Shown here in pieces: positions 16,971 through 26,542 of a stretch of 64,000 nucleotides of DNA. The DNA lies in the IMG/VR virus record IMGVR_UViG_3300010370_000025, one strand, 5' to 3'. Numbering within the stretch: position 1 is the first letter of the stretch; the number at the start of each line of letters is the position of its first letter. The DNA comes from a virus (lineage: Duplodnaviria; Heunggongvirae; Uroviricota; Caudoviricetes). The notes below the pieces were generated by a model. It searched no databases and was not told where the DNA came from. It saw only the letters and a list, made by a program, of their open reading frames with translations. The translations under genes and the position numbers were made by a program.

Positions 16971-18008
16971 ATGAATTTGTTATGGTTAGAACAGAAATAT
17001 GCATCACTTGCTGGTTCAACACTTGAACAGTTTAAGATAGTAAAAACTAAGCCTTATATTGCTAAGTTTAGATGTCCTATATGTGGTGATTCACAGAGCA
17101 ATAAATTTAAAACTCGCGGTCATTTCTATGAAAATGAAGGGCGTATTAACTACAAGTGTTTCAACTGTAGTTACAGCACATCTCTAAGTAAGTTTATTAA
17201 GACTACTAACCCACTTCTATATTCTGAATATCGTATAGAATCGTTAAAAGAACAAGGACAGCCTGAAGAAGAGCAGTTTGTACCCGCTATAGATAAGTTT
17301 GCTACGAGACGTATAGATCATTTTGATCCGTTCAAAGATCTTAAAAAAATATCTCAACTTAAACATGAACACCCAGCAAAAAAATATATTTTAGAGCGTA
17401 AAATACCCTCAAATACGCATTTTAGAATTTATTATTCGCCTACATATTATCACTGGGTTAATACAGTACTACCAGACAAGTTTAATGAAAAAGCGCTCGC
17501 TCTCGATGAGCCGCGCATCGTATTCCCTTTTATTGATAGTAGGGGATACGTTTTTGGATTTACTGGACGAGCTGTAAGTAAGAAATCCGGGCTACGATAT
17601 TCAACTGTAATTCTCGACGACACAAAGGAAAAGGTATTCGGTTTAGATTCAATTGATAAGACTAAAAAAGTCTATATTGTTGAAGGACCGATCGATAGCC
17701 TATTCCTTACTAATTGTATTGCAATGGCAGGTTCTGATATTAATTTAAACTTAATAGCAGAAAGAGATAAAATTGTTGTTGTTTATGATAATGAGCCTCG
17801 TAATAAAGAAATAGTTAAGAAAATATCTAAAGCTATCGACAATGGGTATAATGTTTGTATTTGGCCTGATTGGATTGAGCAGAAAGATATTAATGATATG
17901 GTACTTAAACAAGATTTAGACGGGGCTTCAATTCAAGCTGTTATTGATCAAAATACATTTAACGGGTTAGCTGCAAAGATGAGATTGCAGCAATGGAGTC
18001 GAGTATGA
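16971..18008 (+). CDS. gp61: DNA primase (T4 gp61-like)
   Basis: Zn finger FRCPICGDS...KTRG...YKCFNC; TOPRIM motifs IVEGPIDSLF, YDNEPRN, KDINDM. Confidence 0.95.
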   Translation: MNLLWLEQKYASLAGSTLEQFKIVKTKPYIAKFRCPICGDSQSNKFKTRGHFYENEGRINYKCFNCSYSTSLSKFIKTTNPLLYSEYRIESLKEQGQPEEEQFVPAIDKFATRRIDHFDPFKDLKKISQLKHEHPAKKYILERKIPSNTHFRIYYSPTYYHWVNTVLPDKFNEKALALDEPRIVFPFIDSRGYVFGFTGRAVSKKSGLRYSTVILDDTKEKVFGLDSIDKTKKVYIVEGPIDSLFLTNCIAMAGSDINLNLIAERDKIVVVYDNEPRNKEIVKKISKAIDNGYNVCIWPDWIEQKDINDMVLKQDLDGASIQAVIDQNTFNGLAAKMRLQQWSRV

Positions 18009-18175
18009 AGCGTACAACAAATATTATTTACGACGAAAAGCTTGATGAATACTTTATTGATCTTTCTGATATAGCTGATGAGCTTGGATGGAAAGAGAAT
18101 GATATAGTTGAATGGATTGATAATAAAGACGGTACTTTCACGGTAAGAAAAAAAGAAGAAAAGAAAGAGGACTAA
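17993..18175 (+). CDS. Small AbrB/MazE-like hypothetical protein
   Basis: DEYFIDL....DELGWKENDIVEWIDNKDGTF. Confidence 0.6.
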   Translation: MESSMKRTTNIIYDEKLDEYFIDLSDIADELGWKENDIVEWIDNKDGTFTVRKKEEKKED

Positions 18176-18176
18176 T

Positions 18177-20390
18177 ATGACTGCTTTATATAAAGATACG
18201 AAAAAACTTCTCTCTGATGCGAAGTTTTATGAAGGATATGCTCGATTTGTAGAAGGTGAAAGTCGATACGAAACTTGGTCAGAAGCAGTTAATCGTGTAA
18301 TGCATATGCATACAGGATTCTACGCTGACAAAATGTCATCAAAGTTAATGGCATTAATGGATGAAGCAGCTACTGCTTATAAGCAGAAATTAGTTCTTGG
18401 TGCACAACGCGCACTACAGTTTGGTGGAGATCAGCTTATTCGTCATCAAATGAAAATGTATAATTGCACTTCTTCATATGCAGATCGCCCTGAATTTTTT
18501 GGTGAAGTATTCTATATTCTTCTTTGTGGGGCTGGCGCAGGGTTCTCAGTACAGAAGCATCATATTGACAAGCTTCCTAAGATTGCGCCGCGTACTAAGC
18601 AGCCAAAGACTCACGTAGTTGAAGATTCCATTGAGGGGTGGGCAACCGCGCTTGATGTTCTTATGTCTTCTTATTTTGAAAATGGTGGTAAGTACTCTGA
18701 ATATGCAGGTAGAAAAATTTATTTTGATCTTTCTCAAATTCGTCCTAAGGGTGCTAAGATTTCTGGAGGGTTTAAAGCTCCAGGCCCTGAGCCTCTTCGT
18801 CGCTCGCTGGACCGTATCGAGTATATTTTAACAGGTCTTACTATCCAGGATAAGACTGTTTCATTGAGGCCAATCCATGTATACGATATTGTTATGCACG
18901 CTGCTGATGCTGTGCTTTCTGGTGGTGTACGACGTTCTGCGACAATCTGTCTCTTCTCCCCTGAGGATGACGAAATGGCTACAGCAAAGACCGGGTCTTG
19001 GTATATTGATAATCCACAGCGTGGCCGTTCTAATAATAGCGCTGTTATTGTACGTGACACAATAACTAGAGAACAATTTAATAAACTTATGACTTCTATT
19101 AAAGAGTTTGGTGAGCCTGGATTCTTTTTCGTTGATGATAAGGATATTACTACTAATCCTTGCGTAGAGATTGGTATGTATCCTCAAATTAACGGTAAGT
19201 CAGGCTGGCAGGGGTGCAACCTAACAGAGATTAATGGTGGTATGTGTGATAGTGAGGAAGTATTTTATCGCGCATGTCGTGCAGGTTCTATCCTTGGAAC
19301 TCTTCAAGCAGGTTATACAGATTTTAAATTTTTATCTTCAACTTCTAAAGAAATCTTTGATAGAGAAGCTCTACTCGGCGTTTCAATTACCGGGTGGATG
19401 AATAACCCTAGTATTCTTTTTGATGAAAAGATTCTAGAGAAAGGTGCACAAATTGTTAGAGAAACTAATGCTGAGGTTGCAGCGCTTCTTGGAATCAACC
19501 CCGCCGCCAGAACAACTTGCGTCAAGCCTTCTGGTAATGCATCTGTACTATTAATGACCGCTTCTGGTATTCACGCAGAACATGCACCAATGTATATTCG
19601 TACTATTCAGCTTAATAAGGATACAGAAGTAGCTAAGCTTATTAAGAGAATGAATCCAAATATGGTAGAAGAGTCTGCTTGGTCTTCAGGTAAGACTGAT
19701 TATGCAATTTCATTCCCAGTTATTTCTAAATCTGGATCTATATTTAAAAATGACCTTATTGGTGTTAAACACCTCGATTTAATTAAGAAAGCACAGGAGC
19801 ACTGGGTAAATGCTGGCACTAATATCGATAGATGCGCTCATCCTGGTATTCGCCACAACGTATCTAATACTGTCATTGTTGACGACTACGATGCTATTGA
19901 GGATTATGTATTTAATAACCGCAATCACTTTGCTGGCATATCATTTCTTCCAATGACTGGTGATAAAGATTATTTCCAAGCACCTAATGCACAAGTACTC
20001 ACATCACAAGAGATTGTAGATAAGTATGGTGCAGGGGCTATTATGGCATCTGGTCTTATCGTAGAAGCATTAAAGTCATTTGATAATCTTTGGCTTGCAT
20101 GCATGACTGCAAATGGTTACGGAGAAGATCTCACCGCGGATAATCATGAAAATACTATGAAGAAAGATTGGATTCGTAGATTTAAAAAATTCTCTTCAAA
20201 CTACTTTAATGGTGATCTTAAGAAAACTGAGTATTGCTTTAAGGATGTTTATCTACTTCATAAATGGGAGAAGATTCAACAAACTATTTCTGATATTAAG
20301 TGGGATGAAGAGCTTAAAGAAGTTAAATATGTAGATGTTGATACTATAGGTTCTGCTGCTTGTGTTGGTGGCGGATGCGAACTGTTCTAA
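18177..20390 (+). CDS. nrdJ: Class II (adenosylcobalamin-dependent) ribonucleotide reductase, monomeric RTPR type
   Basis: MYNC, TNPCVEI, GCNLTEIN, TTCVKPSGN, C-terminal ACVGGGC; no nrdB next to it. Confidence 0.9.
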   Translation: MTALYKDTKKLLSDAKFYEGYARFVEGESRYETWSEAVNRVMHMHTGFYADKMSSKLMALMDEAATAYKQKLVLGAQRALQFGGDQLIRHQMKMYNCTSSYADRPEFFGEVFYILLCGAGAGFSVQKHHIDKLPKIAPRTKQPKTHVVEDSIEGWATALDVLMSSYFENGGKYSEYAGRKIYFDLSQIRPKGAKISGGFKAPGPEPLRRSLDRIEYILTGLTIQDKTVSLRPIHVYDIVMHAADAVLSGGVRRSATICLFSPEDDEMATAKTGSWYIDNPQRGRSNNSAVIVRDTITREQFNKLMTSIKEFGEPGFFFVDDKDITTNPCVEIGMYPQINGKSGWQGCNLTEINGGMCDSEEVFYRACRAGSILGTLQAGYTDFKFLSSTSKEIFDREALLGVSITGWMNNPSILFDEKILEKGAQIVRETNAEVAALLGINPAARTTCVKPSGNASVLLMTASGIHAEHAPMYIRTIQLNKDTEVAKLIKRMNPNMVEESAWSSGKTDYAISFPVISKSGSIFKNDLIGVKHLDLIKKAQEHWVNAGTNIDRCAHPGIRHNVSNTVIVDDYDAIEDYVFNNRNHFAGISFLPMTGDKDYFQAPNAQVLTSQEIVDKYGAGAIMASGLIVEALKSFDNLWLACMTANGYGEDLTADNHENTMKKDWIRRFKKFSSNYFNGDLKKTEYCFKDVYLLHKWEKIQQTISDIKWDEELKEVKYVDVDTIGSAACVGGGCELF

Positions 20391-20545
20391 GTCCATGTCT
20401 AAAAATTTGTGAACTAGATCCTACCACACAGTTTTGTATAGTGTGTGGTAGGACAACTATACATATTCAAAATTGGATGATATATACTGATAATGAAAGA
20501 AAGCAAATAATAAAAGAATCTAAAGCTAGAAGGATCAAAAAATAA
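20360..20545 (+). CDS. DUF1289-like small Cys-rich protein
   Basis: SPCLKICELD....CIVCGRT...IQNW. Confidence 0.8.
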   Translation: MCWWRMRTVLSPCLKICELDPTTQFCIVCGRTTIHIQNWMIYTDNERKQIIKESKARRIKK

Positions 20546-20778
20546 TGGATTGGGATTTACTAATTAGTATCATTTCGGATTTAGTGAAAGATGATAATAC
20601 AAAAGCTGAAATTTATAAAAGATTTATTGAATCTTCAGAATATTCTGAAAAAGAGTTAATTAGCGAAAGTGTCGGTCAGGACGAAATCTTTGATGATGTA
20701 TTTAATGAGTATTTTGAAGATGAAGAGGTAGTTGATTTTTTATCTAACGAAGATGAAGACTACGAATTTGATAGATAA
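20545..20778 (+). CDS. Acidic hypothetical protein
   Basis: 77-aa ORF coupled to both neighbours. Confidence 0.75.
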   Translation: MDWDLLISIISDLVKDDNTKAEIYKRFIESSEYSEKELISESVGQDEIFDDVFNEYFEDEEVVDFLSNEDEDYEFDR

Positions 20779-21338
20779 TGAATATAGTAGGTATTGATTA
20801 TAGTTTAACATCGCCGTGCGTTTGCATCTTTGATACTAAAAAACAATTTAGTTTTTATAATTGTGTTTTTTACTATTTAACAGATAATAAAAAATTTGAT
20901 ATAGATGTTGATAATATAAAAGGTGATCTCCATAGAGAATGGTATACTAATGAAGGTCGTTATATGAACATAACGCAATGGGCATTAGATAAAATTAATG
21001 ATGGAGATATAGTATATCTAGAAGGGTATTCAATGGGCTCTACAGGTATGGTGTTTAATATTGCAGAAAATGCAGGCCTTCTTAAGCACTATCTTTGGAA
21101 AAGCAACTACGATGTTACAATAGTTCCCCCAACTGTTATTAAGAAGTTTGCGACAGGTAAGGGTAATGCAAACAAGCAACTTCTACAAGATTGTTTTGAA
21201 GAAAGTACTGGATTTTATATCAAGAAGAAGCTATCAATGACAGATAAGCAATGGAATCCTTCTTCTGACATAATAGACAGTTATTTCATTTGTAAATATG
21301 GATATGAACAGGAGAAAAAAAATGTTCAGATGGATTAA
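20778..21338 (+). CDS. RuvC-like Holliday junction resolvase
   Basis: IVGIDYSLTSP, YLEGYS, KKFATGKGNANK, DIIDSYFI. Confidence 0.85.
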   Translation: MNIVGIDYSLTSPCVCIFDTKKQFSFYNCVFYYLTDNKKFDIDVDNIKGDLHREWYTNEGRYMNITQWALDKINDGDIVYLEGYSMGSTGMVFNIAENAGLLKHYLWKSNYDVTIVPPTVIKKFATGKGNANKQLLQDCFEESTGFYIKKKLSMTDKQWNPSSDIIDSYFICKYGYEQEKKNVQMD

Positions 21339-21540
21339 AGAGTTTTTTGGTATTGGTTTAAATAATGTTGAGCCAACTGTATCAAAAGTTGTTAATGAAG
21401 TTAAAGCTGAAGTAAAAGAAGTAGTACAAGAAGTAAAGACAGAAATTACTAAAGTAGAAGCTGCAGTAGAAAAGACTATTGATAAAGTGAAGAAAAAGCG
21501 TGGCCCAGCAAAAAAGCCAAAGAAGAGTGATTCAAAGTAA
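21322..21540 (+). CDS. Hypothetical protein (Lys/Glu/Val-rich)
   Basis: ATG at 21322 after AGGAG; VK.EV repeats. Confidence 0.7.
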   Translation: MFRWIKEFFGIGLNNVEPTVSKVVNEVKAEVKEVVQEVKTEITKVEAAVEKTIDKVKKKRGPAKKPKKSDSK

Positions 21541-21739
21541 TAACATCTATATAGTTGATGATAGAGGGGTACCCTCAGTCGTAGGCAATTGCCCTTCCTG
21601 TAAGAAGGGTGATAGGTCTATGATACTTATTGACTTTGTTCCTAATAGAAGCAGGTATGAATTTAGTACAGTATATCTAAGATGTATATGCTGTAATACA
21701 GTTCATCAAAAACAAATTAGAGAAGTAACAGAGGATTAA
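21500..21739 (+). CDS. Small zinc-ribbon-like protein
   Basis: CPSC and CICC pairs; start uncertain (possibly GTG near 21527). Confidence 0.6.
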   Translation: MAQQKSQRRVIQSNNIYIVDDRGVPSVVGNCPSCKKGDRSMILIDFVPNRSRYEFSTVYLRCICCNTVHQKQIREVTED

Positions 21740-21741
21740 TT

Positions 21742-22005
21742 ATGAATTCGTTTAGTGAAATTGTACAAGCGTGCAACCTCAAGTCAGAATATGATGAGAT
21801 TTATAATAAAAATCGATTCAGGGGTATGCCCCGTCATCTAACGCCTACTAATGCTAAAATTGTTTTGAAGGCTAAAAAAACTGAAGACGCTAGTGAAAAC
21901 CCTTTCGTTATCAGGGTTAATAATATTGCTAGTGAATTTGACTCTTTGGTAAAGTCAGCTAAAAAGTCAAGAGATGCACTTTACGTAGAAAAGCTAGAGG
22001 TATAA
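21742..22005 (+). CDS. Hypothetical protein
   Basis: SD GAGG; tightly packed. Confidence 0.7.
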   Translation: MNSFSEIVQACNLKSEYDEIYNKNRFRGMPRHLTPTNAKIVLKAKKTEDASENPFVIRVNNIASEFDSLVKSAKKSRDALYVEKLEV

Positions 22006-22257
22006 ATGAATATTAAAATTTACGGTAAAGAAAATTGTTCTTATTGCACTCAAGCAAAATCTTTACTAGAATCATATAACCTAGACTATCAATACTTTAG
22101 TCTTGGTACAGATCTAACAGTAGAAGAGCTTATTGAATCTTTTCCTACAGCTAAAACTGTACCTATTGTAGTAGTCAACAATAAATGGATTGGTGGCTAT
22201 AATGAACTTGAAACATATATTGAAGAGACGATGAATAATTATGGCCATCCCATCTAA
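22006..22257 (+). CDS. Glutaredoxin
   Basis: CSYC active site; KTVPIVVV; WIGGYNEL. Confidence 0.93.
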   Translation: MNIKIYGKENCSYCTQAKSLLESYNLDYQYFSLGTDLTVEELIESFPTAKTVPIVVVNNKWIGGYNELETYIEETMNNYGHPI

Positions 22258-22489
22258 AGAAGAACTAATCAACACACTTAAAGAACATAATGTTACTGTT
22301 AAATTTACTAAAATTGACGGTACGGAACGCTCTATGAAATGCACTCTTAGAGAAGATACGGTAATACCGTATGATAAGAAAACAGAAGTATCAAAAGCTA
22401 AGAACGATAATATCGTTTCTGTGTGGGATCTTGAAAAATCAGCTTGGCGCTCCTTTAGATATGACTCAGTCTTAGAAGTTTATAAATAG
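22241..22489 (+). CDS. Sm-like/WYL_2-type small protein conserved in T4-like phages
   Basis: VKFTKIDGTERSMKCTL...VWDLEKSAWRSFR. Confidence 0.8.
   Translation: MAIPSKEELINTLKEHNVTVKFTKIDGTERSMKCTLREDTVIPYDKKTEVSKAKNDNIVSVWDLEKSAWRSFRYDSVLEVYK
22481..22488 (+). promoter_or_regulatory. T4-type late promoter
   Basis: TATAAATA 27 nt upstream of the holin-like ATG (SD AGGAG). Confidence 0.7.
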
Positions 22490-22515
22490 ATATAATTAAA
22501 CTTCTAGGAGCTATT

Positions 22516-22845
22516 ATGACTGAGCCAATAACACCTATTATGATAAAGCTTATAGCCGGGATAGGTGGTCTTGTAGGAGGAGCATCTTTTATGGCGTTTT
22601 ATAGACCTAAAAATGTTTGGGATGCAGCTATAAGAGCTGGTCTTAGTGTTACAACAGCTATTGTATTTTCACCTATTGTGCTAGAATGGTTTAAATTTAT
22701 GCAATCTATGAATAATACACTAGGAGCATCAGTTGTAATAGGTTTCTGTTCTTGGAGCCTTCTCTCGCTTTTAGCGAGATTTTTAATAGATATTCAAGAC
22801 GAAAAAGTTAAAATAAAATTACCGGATTATTTAGAACGCAAATAA
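22516..22845 (+). CDS. Small membrane protein, probable holin
   Basis: Three hydrophobic segments, charged C-terminus, late promoter upstream. Confidence 0.55.
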   Translation: MTEPITPIMIKLIAGIGGLVGGASFMAFYRPKNVWDAAIRAGLSVTTAIVFSPIVLEWFKFMQSMNNTLGASVVIGFCSWSLLSLLARFLIDIQDEKVKIKLPDYLERK

Positions 22846-22856
22846 AATAGTATATT

Positions 22857-23723
22857 ATGAATGATGTGAAAAAGAAAATACTAGTTACCGGCGGTCTCGG
22901 CTTTATTGGTAGTCATTTAGTAGATAGATTAGTAAAGAGCTACACAGTAGATGTGGTTGATGATTTATCTACAGGCTCAGCAGATAATATAAATCAAGAA
23001 GCTAATTATTATATAACAGATGTTGTAAGCTTCTGTAAAAATAATAATATTAAATACGATAAAATCTTTCATCTAGCAAACAATGCTCGTATTGCTAGAT
23101 CTTTTGAATATGTTGAAGAAACACTTCTCAACAATTATACCAGCACAGTAGCACTTTGTGAGTATATTAGAAGAACTGACTCAGGTCATATGTTCTTTGC
23201 ATCATCTTCAACAACAGAATTCACAGATCAATATAATAACCCATACACATTTTCAAAGTTTGTATGTGACGATCTTTTAGAAATGTATAGACGTTTATTT
23301 AACGTACAGAGCAGTCTTATTAAATTTTATAACGTATATGGTTCAATGAGAGAAAAAGATCTCGGAGAACACACTACAGTTATACGTAAATTTAAACAAC
23401 AATATCTTCAAAATAAACCTCTTACAATTGTAGGAAACGGATTGCGTAAAAGAGATTTTACCTCTGTTAATGATACTATAGAAGGTCTAGAGTTACTTTT
23501 GTATAAGAATGAACATGAAACTGACTACCACTTAGGTACAGGTAAAAATGTTGCTATTATAGATATTGCAAAAGCTTTCGATCATCCTTATATTCAGATA
23601 GAAGATAGAAAATACGAACTACAAGACACATTATGCACAAAGCAAAATATTTCTGGCTGGCAGCCTAAAGATAGTGTGATTGAGCATATTAAATTATGGA
23701 GAAAAGAAAATGCCGTTAGCTAA
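22857..23723 (+). CDS. NAD-dependent sugar epimerase/dehydratase
   Basis: ILVTGGLGFIGSHLVD, FASSS, PYTFSK (YxxxK), FYNVYG, RDFT. Confidence 0.93.
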   Translation: MNDVKKKILVTGGLGFIGSHLVDRLVKSYTVDVVDDLSTGSADNINQEANYYITDVVSFCKNNNIKYDKIFHLANNARIARSFEYVEETLLNNYTSTVALCEYIRRTDSGHMFFASSSTTEFTDQYNNPYTFSKFVCDDLLEMYRRLFNVQSSLIKFYNVYGSMREKDLGEHTTVIRKFKQQYLQNKPLTIVGNGLRKRDFTSVNDTIEGLELLLYKNEHETDYHLGTGKNVAIIDIAKAFDHPYIQIEDRKYELQDTLCTKQNISGWQPKDSVIEHIKLWRKENAVS

Positions 23724-24696
23724 AGACACACTTTCATCTAAAGCAATGGGTGGTTCAGAGCTTATGAAATTTAGGCTAGTGCAAGAACTCGGAGAAGATT
23801 ATCTTAGTGATTTTCAAATTTTTGTTTCAAGAGTAGAGGAAGAACTTGATCCTAATAAGATTAAGATCTACTGGCACCAAGATCTACCTTGGGATCCCGC
23901 ATGCGACCATCTAAAAAATAACGGATGGAAGAAGTTTGATTATTTTGTATTTAATTCTAATTGGCAGATGAATATCTTTAATATGGTATTAGGTATTCCA
24001 TATTTTAAATCAATCGTGCTTAATAATGCTATTGAACCTATTGAGCCTTTAGAGAAGCCATCAGATAAAATTAAGCTTATATACCACCCAACACCTCATA
24101 GAGGTCTAGAACTTCTAGTTCCTGTTTTTGAAGCATTATGCCAAGAGCATGATGATATCGAGCTTGATGTATATTCTAGTTTTAAGATTTATGGGTGGGA
24201 GCAGCGTGATGAGCAGTATAAAGCTCTCTTTGACCGCTGCAAATCTAATCCAAAAATTAACTATTATGGATCCGTGCCTAATGAGCAAATAAAGAAAGCT
24301 TTAGCAGAAGCGCATATTTTTGCTTACCCTAATATATGGGTAGAGAGCTCATGTATTGCTCTTATGGAAGCAATGAGCGCTAAATGTGTATGTGTGCATC
24401 CTAATCTTGGTGCTCTGTATGATACAGGTGGTGGTATTACTAGAATGTATCAGTGGGATGAAGATAAGAATATTCACGCTAGCAAATTTGCTGGAGTTCT
24501 ATCTCAAACTATCAACGATGTTCGCGAAAAAAGACACCTCAATGAAATTGAATTCATCAAGGTGTATGCAGATGCTAAATTTAATTGGCACAAACGTCTC
24601 ATCGAATGGAAGACTCTTTTAGAGTCTCTCAAAAAGATGAAAGATAGTAATCTTCTTAATAACAGAGAAGAAGTTCTAATTTATAGAACTTCGTAA
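23710..24696 (+). CDS. Glycosyltransferase, GT-B fold (family 4-like)
   Basis: MGGSEL, WHQD, LNNAI, PHRGLE, FAYP...ESSCIALMEAMS; track start 23680, likely start 23710. Confidence 0.9.
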   Translation: MPLAKDTLSSKAMGGSELMKFRLVQELGEDYLSDFQIFVSRVEEELDPNKIKIYWHQDLPWDPACDHLKNNGWKKFDYFVFNSNWQMNIFNMVLGIPYFKSIVLNNAIEPIEPLEKPSDKIKLIYHPTPHRGLELLVPVFEALCQEHDDIELDVYSSFKIYGWEQRDEQYKALFDRCKSNPKINYYGSVPNEQIKKALAEAHIFAYPNIWVESSCIALMEAMSAKCVCVHPNLGALYDTGGGITRMYQWDEDKNIHASKFAGVLSQTINDVREKRHLNEIEFIKVYADAKFNWHKRLIEWKTLLESLKKMKDSNLLNNREEVLIYRTS

Positions 24697-24798
24697 CCTG
24701 AGCAGATAGTCTATATAAGCTAGACCAATAGGTACTGCAGGCATAAGACCTGTAGTAAAACAAAACAGCGCAGATATGAATATCGTTGTTCTCATCAT
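24676..24798 (-). CDS. 40-aa hydrophobic peptide not in the ORF track (MMRTTIFISALFCFTTGLMPAVPIGLAYIDYLLRLRSSIN)
   Basis: Manual translation; promoter-like element immediately upstream on the minus strand. Confidence 0.5.
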   Translation of the reverse strand: MMRTTIFISALFCFTTGLMPAVPIGLAYIDYLLRLRSSIN

Positions 24799-24804
24799 AT
24801 TATT

Positions 24805-24846
24805 ATTATCGCATATTCTGTATAAAATAGCCACTGTTTTTTTAAG
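24805..24846 (-). promoter_or_regulatory. Putative early promoter driving the 40-aa peptide
   Basis: Minus strand reads AAAAAAACAGTGGCTATTTTA...GATAAT, matching the element at 2677. Confidence 0.5.
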
Positions 24847-24892
24847 AAAAACACGGATTCTAACTCATTGAAATCATTAGCTTTTTTTCCAG

Positions 24893-24923
24893 TTGATTTT
24901 TTAACGAAAGCAGCTATTATAAT
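24893..24923 (+). promoter_or_regulatory. Putative sigma70-like early promoter
   Basis: TTGATT...TATTATAAT ahead of SD GGAG. Confidence 0.6.
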
Positions 24924-24944
24924 GATAGATATAGTGGAGAAAGC

Positions 24945-26078
24945 ATGATGGCGCGAAAAGCTGTTATTCGTGCGAAGCGAGCCCCTAAAGCTCCTCGCCG
25001 TACTAAAAACGAGAACTATCTCGTTAACGTTAAGTATCTAGGTCAAGAGCCTGCGTTCAAAGGCAAGGTGCCTAACGCTGAGCTTTGCCGAGCTTTTAAC
25101 TGGTATAACGTTATGTCAGAAGAGTCTGATGTGCGTGAGTATCTTTCTGACTTCTATAAAATGATGAAAGATGAGGCTACGCTTAAGAAGATTAAGCGTG
25201 TACCTTATATGCGTCTTCCGTTGACGTCTGCATGGATTTTCCGCTTGCATATGCGTGGAGCAGAGCTTGATATCGATATGGTCAAGCGTGCTCATGAGCG
25301 TGTTAAGGAAAGCTTTGCTTACGTCGAAGCAGAGAAGAAAGAGGATGCTGAAGTGAAGGTAGAAAAGCCTTCTATTCAAGATCGTATCAAGGATCGCGTT
25401 AGCGATATTATTGGCTCTGTCGAGGAAATGCTCGATGAGGGTAAAGATATCGAGATGTATGAGTGGCTGCAGAAGAATCAAATTCCTGCAGCTCATGCTA
25501 AGAAGATAGCCGAGTATTATCTTCCTATTCGTGATGAGATCGCTGATGCAATCGAAGGCTCTGATCCCGATCTTAAGGAAGGGTATCGTCGATACTCTAA
25601 GTCAGAGCTCAATAAACTTCTGGCTAAGTATTCTGAGTTGGTAGATGATGCTCAGCGGTATTCTGGTAACGTTAAGAAGGCGCGCTCTCCTCGCAAGAAG
25701 AAGGCGCCTTCTACCGAGAAGCTGCTCAAGTACTTCAAGTATCAGCTCGAGTCTAATGAGCATAAGCTTAAATCTATTGTTCCTGCTACCATTATAGGTT
25801 CACAGGAACTCTGGACGTTTAATACTAAGTACAATGTGCTGACTGTGTTCCGTGCTCGCGGGCCGGCTGGTCTCACTATTAACCGTACTTCTATTAATGG
25901 ATATGATGATACTACTTCAGTATCAAAGCGTATCGGCCGTAAGACTGAGCATTATCTCAAGCAAGTACTTACTGGTGGTAAGATTGTGCTTCGACGTCTC
26001 ATGGAAGATATTAACTCCGATCCTGCTAAGTTTGCAGATCGGATTAACGAAAACACTGTGCTGCTCAGGGTGACTTGA
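24945..26078 (+). CDS. Conserved hypothetical early protein (basic)
   Basis: 377-aa ORF; visibly GC-richer than its surroundings and uses CGN Arg codons. Confidence 0.85.
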   Translation: MMARKAVIRAKRAPKAPRRTKNENYLVNVKYLGQEPAFKGKVPNAELCRAFNWYNVMSEESDVREYLSDFYKMMKDEATLKKIKRVPYMRLPLTSAWIFRLHMRGAELDIDMVKRAHERVKESFAYVEAEKKEDAEVKVEKPSIQDRIKDRVSDIIGSVEEMLDEGKDIEMYEWLQKNQIPAAHAKKIAEYYLPIRDEIADAIEGSDPDLKEGYRRYSKSELNKLLAKYSELVDDAQRYSGNVKKARSPRKKKAPSTEKLLKYFKYQLESNEHKLKSIVPATIIGSQELWTFNTKYNVLTVFRARGPAGLTINRTSINGYDDTTSVSKRIGRKTEHYLKQVLTGGKIVLRRLMEDINSDPAKFADRINENTVLLRVT

Positions 26079-26141
26079 GCAGCATTTCTAATTATCAGAA
26101 ACAATAAATAGTATTGACCTCTGATAATTAAGAAGGTACAG

Positions 26142-26492
26142 ATGACAGATAATGTAGTAAATTTTCCAAACAATACTAGTGAACTTTATCCGTCTACAAT
26201 AGAAGAATCAAAAGAACATATTAATGCAGTTAGACAACACTTTTGTGATGAAGTGTGTCAAGATGTTACAGATGCAGTGATAGGTGTATTAGGCTCTTAT
26301 AATATACATATAAAAGCAGAAGAAGCACACGTTAAAGATTTTGTTTTTCTAGAAGAGACGTTAAAGGCTTTAGTCTATAGATACAAAAAACTTCCACACC
26401 AGTTTCAAGAAATAACTGAGAGTGTTATTACACTCACAGATGAAGCAATGGAAGATCTTGAAAAGAAGAAAGCCTTAAATACAGTTGATTAA
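26142..26492 (+). CDS. Hypothetical protein
   Basis: 116-aa ORF starting MTDNVVNFP. Confidence 0.8.
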   Translation: MTDNVVNFPNNTSELYPSTIEESKEHINAVRQHFCDEVCQDVTDAVIGVLGSYNIHIKAEEAHVKDFVFLEETLKALVYRYKKLPHQFQEITESVITLTDEAMEDLEKKKALNTVD

Positions 26493-26513
26493 TTATTAAT
26501 TTGACTATATATT
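26485..26513 (+). promoter_or_regulatory. Putative sigma70-like promoter
   Basis: TTGATT-17 nt-TATATT upstream of rnh. Confidence 0.55.
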
Positions 26514-26542
26514 AATAGTGCAAATTAATGTGGAACTTAAAA

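Noticed and set aside
18546-19525. Several short alternative-frame and antisense ORFs inside nrdJ
   Set aside because: They are shadows of a long conserved gene, with no SD or motif.
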